From assembly GCA_035538515.1 (NCBI GenBank), contig DATLKF010000032.1, positions 36,073-100,072 of the forward strand: a stretch of DNA of 64,000 bases, read 5' to 3'. The translations under genes and the position numbers were made by a program. The notes beneath the pieces are model-generated. The model searched no databases, was not told the DNA's origin, and saw only the letters and a program-made list of their open reading frames with translations. Shown here piece after piece: positions 57,213-64,000 of this stretch (the first letter of the stretch is position 1; each line of letters starts with the position of its first letter). The DNA comes from Gemmatimonadales bacterium. Its GTDB lineage: Bacteria > Gemmatimonadota > Gemmatimonadetes > Gemmatimonadales > GWC2-71-9.

Positions 57213-59462
57213 ATGGCCGACACACACTTCCCGGATGAGTGGCTGACGCATTCCCTGGAGGGAGTGCTGACCCCGGAGCTCCTCGCCGAGCTGCGGGAGA
57301 AGGCTGCACCGCAGGCCACCCTGTGGCAGACCCTCGTGGCGCAGAAGGTGACGAGTGACGAGCAAATCCTCGCCGCCTTGTCGTCGCGGTTTCGGCTGAA
57401 GGTCGCCGACTCGCAGCTGGTGGACCCGACCGCCAAGGAGAAGGTGCCCGAGGCTCTAGCCCGGCGCTATCAGATCTTGCCGCTGCGCGCCACGGACTCC
57501 TATCTGGAAGTGGCGACCGCGAACCCGTTCGATCTCGACGCCGAGAAGGCGCTCGCTTTCGCGACCGCCCGCGAAGTCCGGATACTCCTGCTCGCTCCCT
57601 CCAAGATCGCCGAAAAGCTGGACGAGCTGTACCGCCCGGAGAAGGCCGTCGACAAGCTGCTCGAGAGGATGGAGGGCGCGACTGAGTTCGAGCACCTGCA
57701 GGAAAAGCCGCCGGCCCCCGACGAGATCGCCGCGTCGGAAGCCGAGGCGAGCCAGCGGCCGGTGGTCCGCCTCGTGGATCTGATCATCTCGGAAGGAATC
57801 CTCGCGCGCTCGAGCGACATTCACATCGAGCCTGAGGAAGGCGGCGTCGCGGTGCGCTACCGCATCGACGGTGTGTTGCGGCAGGTGATGAAGATCCCGC
57901 GCCAGGCCGGCCTGCCGCTGATCTCCCGTATCAAGATCATGTCGTCGCTCGACATCGCCGACCGGCTGCGACCGCAGGACGGCCGCGCGCGGGTGGCGGT
58001 GAACGGCCAGCCGATCGACCTGCGGGTGTCGACGCTCCCCGCCGCGCTGGGCGAGAAGGTCGTGATCCGTATCCTGGACTCGCGCGCCACGGTGAAGTCG
58101 CTCGACTCACTGGGACTCAACAGCAACGAAGCCGCCGGCATCAAACGGCTACTGGAGAACCACGAGGGCGTCATCCTCGTCACGGGCCCCACCGGCTCCG
58201 GCAAGACCACCACCCTCTACTCCTGCATCAACCAGATCAAGAGCGAGGGTGTGAACATCGTCACGGTGGAAGACCCGGTCGAGTATCGCATGCAGGGAAT
58301 CGTGCAGGTCCAGGTGCAGGAAAAGGCAGGGCTCACGTTCGCGGCGGCGCTGCGGTCGATTCTGCGGCAGGACCCGAACGTCGTGCTGATCGGCGAGATT
58401 CGCGACCGCGAGACGGCGCAGATCGCGGTGCAGGCGTCGCTCACGGGTCACCTCGTGCTCTCGACGCTGCACACCAACGATGCGGCGAACGCGGTCACGC
58501 GCCTCGTGGACATCGGCATCGAAGCCTACAAGATCGCGGCGGCGTTGCGCGGCGTGCTGGCGCAGCGGCTGATGCGCAAGTTGTGTCCCACCTGCAAGGA
58601 AGTCTGGATGGAGGCGCCGCCGGAGCGCCTCAAGCGGTGGATTCCGAAGGGCACGCCGCTGTATCGCGCGGCCGGGTGCCCCGACTGCGCGATGACGGGG
58701 TACCGGGGCCGCTTCTCAATCGTCGAGGTGTTGACGGTGTCGGCCGAGGTCGAGCGGCGCATCGCTGCGGGCGAAACGGCGGAGCACATCGCCGGCGCCG
58801 CCCGCCGCGCCGGGATGAAGGGGTTGTGGGAATCCGGCTTGGAGCACGTGCTGCGCGGCGAGTCCACGCTCGACGAGCTGACACGCGTCGTGGACATCCC
58901 GGACGTGGACGACCGGCCCTCGGCGTCCGCCCCTCCGTCGGCGCGCCGCCCGGGCGGTGGAGTGCCGCAGCCGCAGCAGGCGTCTTACGGGGCCGTGGCC
59001 GAGGCGGCGCCCCCCTCCGACACGCTGGCCGCGCACTTCGAGCTGCTGGAAGAGCCGCCACCGCGGCGCTCTGGCCCGCACGGGCTACCCGCGCGCAAGG
59101 TGCTGCTGGTGGACGACGAGGACAGCCTGCGCAAGGTCGTCAAGGATTTGCTGGAGCGCGACGGCTACGATGTGGCCGAAGCGCGCGATGGCGTGCAAGC
59201 GCTCGACCAGGTCGATCGCGTCGGGCCCGACATCATCGTGCTGGACCTCAACATGCCGGGGCTGGATGGCTACGGCGTGCTGTCCCACCTCCGGTCTCGC
59301 CCCGCCACCGCCGACATCCCGGTCATCGTGCTCACCGCCAAAGGCGACGAGGACAACGAAGTGCGTGTGTTCGAGCTCGGCGCGGACGACTTCCTGACGA
59401 AGCCGTTCCGTGCCCGCGCGCTCTCGGCCCGGTTGGAAGCGGTCCTGGGACGGCGGCGCTAG
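57213..59462 (+). CDS. GspE/PilB-family secretion ATPase fused to a C-terminal response-regulator receiver domain
   Basis: It has a T2SSE_N-type N-domain, Walker A VTGPTGSGKTTTLY, Asp/His boxes and the tetracysteine CPTC...CPDC. A Pro-rich linker follows. The REC domain starts at aa 629 (nt 59097): KVLLVDDEDS...IIVLDLNMPGLDG...LTKPF. Confidence 0.85.
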   Translation: MADTHFPDEWLTHSLEGVLTPELLAELREKAAPQATLWQTLVAQKVTSDEQILAALSSRFRLKVADSQLVDPTAKEKVPEALARRYQILPLRATDSYLEVATANPFDLDAEKALAFATAREVRILLLAPSKIAEKLDELYRPEKAVDKLLERMEGATEFEHLQEKPPAPDEIAASEAEASQRPVVRLVDLIISEGILARSSDIHIEPEEGGVAVRYRIDGVLRQVMKIPRQAGLPLISRIKIMSSLDIADRLRPQDGRARVAVNGQPIDLRVSTLPAALGEKVVIRILDSRATVKSLDSLGLNSNEAAGIKRLLENHEGVILVTGPTGSGKTTTLYSCINQIKSEGVNIVTVEDPVEYRMQGIVQVQVQEKAGLTFAAALRSILRQDPNVVLIGEIRDRETAQIAVQASLTGHLVLSTLHTNDAANAVTRLVDIGIEAYKIAAALRGVLAQRLMRKLCPTCKEVWMEAPPERLKRWIPKGTPLYRAAGCPDCAMTGYRGRFSIVEVLTVSAEVERRIAAGETAEHIAGAARRAGMKGLWESGLEHVLRGESTLDELTRVVDIPDVDDRPSASAPPSARRPGGGVPQPQQASYGAVAEAAPPSDTLAAHFELLEEPPPRRSGPHGLPARKVLLVDDEDSLRKVVKDLLERDGYDVAEARDGVQALDQVDRVGPDIIVLDLNMPGLDGYGVLSHLRSRPATADIPVIVLTAKGDEDNEVRVFELGADDFLTKPFRARALSARLEAVLGRRR

Positions 59463-59476
59463 CCGCCCCCGTTTTC

Positions 59477-59944
59477 ATGACGGAAGTGCGCGTGGCGTTC
59501 GTGGACGCCTACGTTTTGCGCCGGGTCGGCGCGGGACTCGAGGTGCTCGTGCTGCGCCGCGGCCCGGAGGGTCGTTCTCCGGGCTCGTGGGAGACCGTGC
59601 ACGGGCACATCGAGTCCGGAGAGACACCGGTGCAGGCGGCGCTGCGCGAGCTGCGCGAAGAGACGGGCCTCGAGCCGCTGCGGCTCTACAACGTCTCGCG
59701 TGTGGAGACGTTCTATCGCCACGCCACCGACGAAATCGTCCTGATTCCGGTGTTCGCGGCGCTCGTGGGCTCGGACGCGACGCCCCGGCGCTCGCAGGAG
59801 CACGATCGGGTGGAGTGGCTCACGCCGTCGGCGGCGGCCGGGCGCTTCTCCTGGCCCCGCGAGCGCAGAGCACTGGAAGACGTTTTGTCAATCCTCTGGT
59901 CCGGCGACGCAGGCTTGCTGGAAGATGTGCTGCGGATAGGTTAG
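59477..59944 (+). CDS. NUDIX hydrolase
   Basis: The Nudix box is GHIESGETPVQAALRELREETGL. Confidence 0.8.
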   Translation: MTEVRVAFVDAYVLRRVGAGLEVLVLRRGPEGRSPGSWETVHGHIESGETPVQAALRELREETGLEPLRLYNVSRVETFYRHATDEIVLIPVFAALVGSDATPRRSQEHDRVEWLTPSAAAGRFSWPRERRALEDVLSILWSGDAGLLEDVLRIG

Positions 59945-59999
59945 AGGCGGCCGGGGTGGTGGTGGCCGGAGCGCGGACCTCGAGAGGTAGCGACGGCAT

Positions 60000-60389
60000 G
60001 TGAACCCGTTCTATCACCGCATCTATCGCGTCGTGCGCCACGTCCCCAAAGGCCGAGTCGCCACGTACGGGCTCGTGGCCCGACTCGCCGGCCGTCCTGG
60101 AGCCGCCCGCACCGTCGGGTGGGCGCTCTCGGCCCTTCCCGATGACTCCGATGTCCCCTGGTGGCGGGTGCTCAATGCGGCCGGCCGCATCTCTCTCTCC
60201 GGCTCGGATCACGGCAGCGTGGTGCAGCGCGCGCTCCTGTTGCGCGAAGGCGTGAAGTTCGCCCCCGGTGGAAGCGTCAACCTGGCGATGTTCGGCTGGC
60301 CGTCCGAGGCCTACGACAACGCCGTAGCCGCCCACACTCGCGCCGCCTCGTCCAAGAGATCCCGCAGGTTGAAGGGCTTGCGGACGTAG
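60000..60389 (+). CDS. MGMT-family DNA-binding protein lacking the acceptor Cys (alkyltransferase-like, Atl/YbaZ type)
   Basis: It carries VPKGRVATYGLVARLAG and PWWRVLN where methyltransferases have PCHRV. The start is GTG. Confidence 0.7.
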   Translation: MNPFYHRIYRVVRHVPKGRVATYGLVARLAGRPGAARTVGWALSALPDDSDVPWWRVLNAAGRISLSGSDHGSVVQRALLLREGVKFAPGGSVNLAMFGWPSEAYDNAVAAHTRAASSKRSRRLKGLRT

Positions 60390-62455
60390 CGCAGGCCCAA
60401 CCGCGTCAGGACATCCTCGCTCGAAGGCACAGTTCCGGCCGCGACCAACACCCGGTCCTTGAGACCGGGGTACGCCTCCACCAGCCGCTGCACGAACGGC
60501 TGATCGCTCGCCTGCACGTCGCGGTCGGCCACGATCAGGTCGAACGCACGCGTGCCCGCGAGATCGAGTGCGTGCTCGGCGTCGTGCGCCACTTCCACCG
60601 AGTGTCCCTCGCGCCCGAACAGTGCCTTGACCATGCGGCGCACAGCCGGATCGTCATCGACGAGCAGGATGGCGCGCCTGACGACCGGAGCCGCGGCGCG
60701 GGGCTCGGGCGTATCGCGACGCGCTGCGTCGACCGCTGTGGGCAGGTCCACCAGGAACGCCGCGCCTCCCCCCGGCGGACGCTCGACGACGATGCGACCC
60801 CCGTGCGCTTCCACTATCGAGAACGTGATCGACAGGCCCAGCCCCGTTCCCTGGCCCGGTTCCTTGGTCGTGAAGAACGGGGTGAACAGATGCGGCAGCA
60901 CATCGTCGGCGATGCCGGGCCCCGAGTCCGACACCCGGAGGCGCACCCGGTCGTCCGCCCAAGTCTCGACCCGAATCTGGCGCCGCCGCTGCGGCGGGTT
61001 CAACGCCACCGCTTGCGCCGCGTTGGTCAACAAGTTGATCACCACCTGCTGCAGCGCGTGTCGGTCTCCCAGCACTGGTGGCAGCGGCGCGAGGCTCTTG
61101 TCGATGACCACGTCCTTGAGCTGCAGGTCGTAGCTCATGAGCAGGAGCGTCCGGTGGATCACGTCGTTCAGGTCGAGCGGCGCCCGCTCCGCGGGGCTCT
61201 GGCGCGCGAACGTGAGCAGGTTCCGGACGATGCGGCCCGCCCGATCCGCCTGCTCGTGAATCACCCGCAGGTGGCCGCGATCCTTGGCGCCGAGCTCCCG
61301 TTGCTCGAGGAGGAACTCGGACAGACCGGCGATGGAGGTGAGCGGATTGTTCAGCTCGTGCGCCACGCCGGAGACGAGCTGTCCGACGGCGGCGAGCTTC
61401 TCGCTCTGGATCAGCTGGGCTTCCAGCGCATGCTGGTCGGTGACATCCTCCACCAGCACGACCAGGTTCTGATCGTGGGCGGGGGCGGGAATGCGGGCGG
61501 CGTTCACGCGGATAGTGCGGCCGAGCTTCGTCGAGCGCACGACGAGCGGCTGCGGCCGGCCGCCGTCGCGCGCGGCCGCGAGCAACTCCTGCAGGGGAGG
61601 GGAGAGCCCGAGGAGCGCCTCCGCCAGGTCACGGCCGATGACTGCCGGCAAGGAGGCGCCCAGGAGTGAGGCGAACGCCCGGTTGGCGCGGCGCACGCGA
61701 CCGCCGTCGTCCACCACGGCGATGCCCTCGGATAGGGCGTCGAAGGCGGTCTCCCATTGCTCCTTGGCGTGTCGTACCATCTCGAAGAAGCGGGCGTTGG
61801 CGATGACGATCGCGGCGTGGGTCGCCACGGTGGACAGCAGGCGCGCGTCCTCCGGCCCGAACCCTCCCTCGCGCGGGTTGGCGATCACGAGCGTGCCCAC
61901 CACGACGCCGTGGGAGCGCAGCGGCACCGCCGCCGCCGACTCCACGCTCACGTCGTTCACGAGCGGGGTCGGCTGGCCGGGGGGAGGGTTCCGCACCAGC
62001 TCGAGCCGGTCGCGTCCCAGCGCCCGCGCCACGAGGCCCGGATCGTCGGGACGGATCAAGGTTCCGACGAGTGGCGCCAGTGTCCCCACGGCCGCCGCAA
62101 CGTGCAGCGGTCGTCGCTCCGCGGCGCCGGCTACTCCCCCCCCGCTCGGCCCGCTGCTCCCGCCCCCCCCGCTCCCGTCCCCCTCCGGCGCCAAGGCGAT
62201 CAGGGCGCCCTGCGCATCGAGAAAGCGCATGGCGTAGCGCACCACTTGCTCCGTGATACGGTCGAGCTGCAGCGAGCCCGAGAGGATGTAGGACAGCTCT
62301 TGGAGTGAGAACAGCTCGGAGAGCCGGCGGTTCAGCTCGTCGGCGGCCTTCCGCCGGTCGCGCTCGCTCCGTTCGAGGCGGCGCTTGAGGCGGATGGCGC
62401 CCCAGCCCAGCCCGCCGGCGGCGAGCAGCAGGAGCGAAACGAGAATCGTCGGCAT
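60311..62455 (-). CDS. Hybrid sensor histidine kinase (TM-GAF-PAS-HisKA-HATPase-REC)
   Basis: The H-box is VSGVAHELNNPLTSI, the G-box is GTGLGLS, and the C-terminal REC is ILLVDDDPAVR...LIVADRDV...KPF. ATG 62455 (MPTILVSLLLL) is preferred because the extension to 62524 is AT-rich with low third-position GC. Confidence 0.85.
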   Translation of the reverse strand: MPTILVSLLLLAAGGLGWGAIRLKRRLERSERDRRKAADELNRRLSELFSLQELSYILSGSLQLDRITEQVVRYAMRFLDAQGALIALAPEGDGSGGGGSSGPSGGGVAGAAERRPLHVAAAVGTLAPLVGTLIRPDDPGLVARALGRDRLELVRNPPPGQPTPLVNDVSVESAAAVPLRSHGVVVGTLVIANPREGGFGPEDARLLSTVATHAAIVIANARFFEMVRHAKEQWETAFDALSEGIAVVDDGGRVRRANRAFASLLGASLPAVIGRDLAEALLGLSPPLQELLAAARDGGRPQPLVVRSTKLGRTIRVNAARIPAPAHDQNLVVLVEDVTDQHALEAQLIQSEKLAAVGQLVSGVAHELNNPLTSIAGLSEFLLEQRELGAKDRGHLRVIHEQADRAGRIVRNLLTFARQSPAERAPLDLNDVIHRTLLLMSYDLQLKDVVIDKSLAPLPPVLGDRHALQQVVINLLTNAAQAVALNPPQRRRQIRVETWADDRVRLRVSDSGPGIADDVLPHLFTPFFTTKEPGQGTGLGLSITFSIVEAHGGRIVVERPPGGGAAFLVDLPTAVDAARRDTPEPRAAAPVVRRAILLVDDDPAVRRMVKALFGREGHSVEVAHDAEHALDLAGTRAFDLIVADRDVQASDQPFVQRLVEAYPGLKDRVLVAAGTVPSSEDVLTRLGLRYVRKPFNLRDLLDEAARVWAATALS

Positions 62456-62480
62456 TTGCGAGTCCACTACAATAATCTGC

Positions 62481-62509
62481 TTGACCCGGCGAATCCCGAG
62501 TTCTAAATT
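62481..62509 (+). promoter_or_regulatory. Possible sigma70-type promoter for the porin-like gene
   Basis: TTGACC (62481-62486), a 17-nt spacer, then TAAATT (62504-62509), in an AT-rich divergent spacer. This is a pattern match only. Confidence 0.4.
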
Positions 62510-62523
62510 CGGGTATCCACTCA

Positions 62524-62540
62524 TTGAGAACGATTCTCAA
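62524..62540. promoter_or_regulatory. Perfect 7-3-7 palindrome TTGAGAA-CGA-TTCTCAA directly upstream of the porin-like ATG
   Basis: Read directly from the sequence. It ends 2 nt before ATG 62543 and occupies the position where an SD would be expected. Confidence 0.35.
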
Positions 62541-62542
62541 CT

Positions 62543-63661
62543 ATGAAGCGCCTCTCATCAGCCCTGGCGCTCGCCGTGATGGGGTTGCCAGGGCAGGCCG
62601 CTGTAGCACAGGAGCGTACAACGGTGGGGGGATACGGTGAGGTGCACTACACCGACCCCACCGGCACGGCCACGCCACCCGTGGTGAACCTCGCCCGCTT
62701 CGTCGTCTACCTCGCCCACAGTTTCGACGACCGGCTGGCGTTCCGCTCCGAGGTGGAGATCGAGGATGCGAAGGTGGAGGGGGGGACCCCCGGCGGCGAA
62801 GTCTCGGTCGAGCAGGCATACCTCGATTACCGCCTCGGCGCCCGCGTGACCCTTCGGACCGGCCTCGTCTTGCCTCCGGTCGGCATCATCAACGAGACGC
62901 ACGAGCCCCCCACCTTCAACGGCGTGGACCGTCCCGGCTTCGACCACGATGTGGTTCCGACGACATGGCGGGAGTTGGGGCTCGGCGTCGTGGGCACCGT
63001 CCCAGGAGGGGCGGGACTCGCCTACCGCGTGTATCTCGTGAATGGGCTCCTGGCTGAGGGCTTTTCAGCGAGCGAGGGCATCCGCGAGGGGCGTCAGGAA
63101 GGACGACAGGCGAGGTTCGTCAACCCTTCGCTCACCGGTCGATTGGAGTGGGCAAGACCGGGCTGGAAGGTCGGGGCCTCGTTCTGGTACGGTGGGTCGG
63201 CGGACACGAATCGCGCCGTCGGGACGGGCGCCTTCGCCGCTCCCGTCACGCTGCTCTCGGCGGACGCCCGTTACGAGAACGGCGGCCTCGCCGCGCGGGC
63301 CGTCGTCGCCAACATAAGCGTTGGCGACGCCCAGGCTATCAACGCTGCGTACGGGGGGTCAGTGGGGAGTCGCATCGCGGGAGGCTACCTCGAGGTTGCC
63401 TACGACCTGCTGCATGTGCTGGCGCCGGCGTCGTCCGGGAAGCTCAACGCGTTCGTTCGCCACGAGCGGTACGACACGCAGGCGGATGTGCCCCTGGGCG
63501 TCACGCGCGACCGCTCACTGGCGCGTCGCCTCTCGACCTTCGGTCTGGCCTACAAGCCCACTTGGAATACGGCCTTCAAAGGGGACTACCAGCTGGTCCG
63601 GAACGCGGCCGGTATGGGGGAGCACGAGGTGCTGAGCCTCGGCTTCGGATATCAGTTTTGA
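62543..63661 (+). CDS. Porin-like outer-membrane beta-barrel protein
   Basis: The signal peptide is MKRLSSALALAVMGLPGQAAVAQ. It has an alternating strand pattern and ends ...LSLGFGYQF. Confidence 0.6.
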   Translation: MKRLSSALALAVMGLPGQAAVAQERTTVGGYGEVHYTDPTGTATPPVVNLARFVVYLAHSFDDRLAFRSEVEIEDAKVEGGTPGGEVSVEQAYLDYRLGARVTLRTGLVLPPVGIINETHEPPTFNGVDRPGFDHDVVPTTWRELGLGVVGTVPGGAGLAYRVYLVNGLLAEGFSASEGIREGRQEGRQARFVNPSLTGRLEWARPGWKVGASFWYGGSADTNRAVGTGAFAAPVTLLSADARYENGGLAARAVVANISVGDAQAINAAYGGSVGSRIAGGYLEVAYDLLHVLAPASSGKLNAFVRHERYDTQADVPLGVTRDRSLARRLSTFGLAYKPTWNTAFKGDYQLVRNAAGMGEHEVLSLGFGYQF

Positions 63662-63665
63662 TCTG

Positions 63666-64000
63666 ATGCTCGCCCTCGCCCTGCTGCTGGTCCTGCAAAC
63701 CGCTGCCCCCAATGCGCCACCGGCCAAGGTAGCCGCCTCAATCGCGCGTCTGTTCGGCCCTGGTGTCCGAGTGGACACGTTGCGGGTGGACAGTACCGCC
63801 GTGCTCCGTGTCTCCCGAGCCGACTCGCTGCTCGGCTTCGCCGCCGTGGCCGACGTGATGGGGAAAGACCAGCCGATCACGTTCCTGGTCGCCGTCGATC
63901 CCGCCGACCGGCTGAAGGACGTGGACATCCTCGTCTACCGAGAGCCGTACGGAGGCGAAGTCGCCTACGAGCCGTGGCGACGGCAGTTCCGGGGACACAC
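63666..64000 (+). CDS. FMN-binding-domain protein (partial, 3' end outside window)
   Basis: Translated by hand as MLALALLLVLQTAAP...FAAVADVMGKDQPITFLVAVDPADRLKDVDILVYREPYGGEV..WRRQFRG, which is an FMN_bind-like pattern. It is not in the ORF track because no stop codon falls within the window. Confidence 0.55.
   Translation, partial: MLALALLLVLQTAAPNAPPAKVAASIARLFGPGVRVDTLRVDSTAVLRVSRADSLLGFAAVADVMGKDQPITFLVAVDPADRLKDVDILVYREPYGGEVAYEPWRRQFRGH

Noticed and set aside
57213-57650. Whether the N-domain of the GspE-REC protein is a c-di-GMP-binding MshEN domain, which would fit the c-di-GMP enzymes nearby.
   Set aside because: The best candidate stretch is TLWQTLVAQKVTSDEQILAALSSR. It lacks the conserved Gly and Arg positions of the RLGxxLLxxGLIxxxxLxxxLxxQ motif as I remember it. 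It is better called a generic T2SSE_N domain.
63738-63998. The minus-strand ORF 63738-63998 listed in the track.
   Set aside because: The plus-strand frame from ATG 63666 has a signal-like N-terminus and an FMN_bind-like pattern, and it continues to the window edge. The minus ORF has no recognisable features.

Overview
This is a high-GC (roughly 70% by eye) chromosomal segment from a diderm bacterium. The lineage cannot be fixed without a database search; composition and gene set are reminiscent of Gemmatimonadota-like organisms, but that is only a guess.

The window holds about 60 tightly packed protein-coding genes, many joined by ATGA/GTGA overlaps, and most are housekeeping:
- etfB, etfA and ETF:quinone oxidoreductase.
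- A long minus-strand run: gpmI, a small beta-barrel OMP, a Mo/W-type ABC permease and ATPase, a PTPS-like gene, fdhD, a CoA-binding protein, mobA, mobB and moeA.
- guaB.
- Two paralogous APC permeases flanking a membrane LytTR regulator.
- A DHH phosphoesterase, an M20 peptidase and Mrp/ApbC.
- An ECF sigma/anti-sigma pair next to ubiE-ubiD-ubiA-ubiX.
- mutM, purD, an M48 protease, a metB-family enzyme, a phosphohexomutase plus glmS, dtd, maf and trpE.

Signalling genes are dense: three GGDEF proteins, a REC-HD-GYP protein, an FHA-GAF-cyclase, a hybrid kinase, and a GspE/PilB ATPase fused to a receiver domain. I saw no rRNA, tRNA, CRISPR array, transposase, integrase or recognisable defence or prophage module.

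The most unusual content is not a gene cluster. It is a population of short palindromic elements whose arms are about four tandem 7-8 nt units, in at least six sequence families and at least 13 tracts. Full copies fill junctions between co-directional genes directly after stop codons. Several tracts lie in frame inside conserved genes: gpmI, a glmM-like mutase carrying three tracts, and the signal peptide of an OMP.

Other notable features:
- Decay or rearrangement scars: a SusC/TonB-receptor remnant, a frameshifted PD40 gene, and a duplicated ETF-QO 3' end flanking a truncated LuxR-type regulator.
- An unusual PD40-Ig-RCC1 lipoprotein.

All calls come from reading the sequence and the supplied ORF translations; no searches or computations were run.
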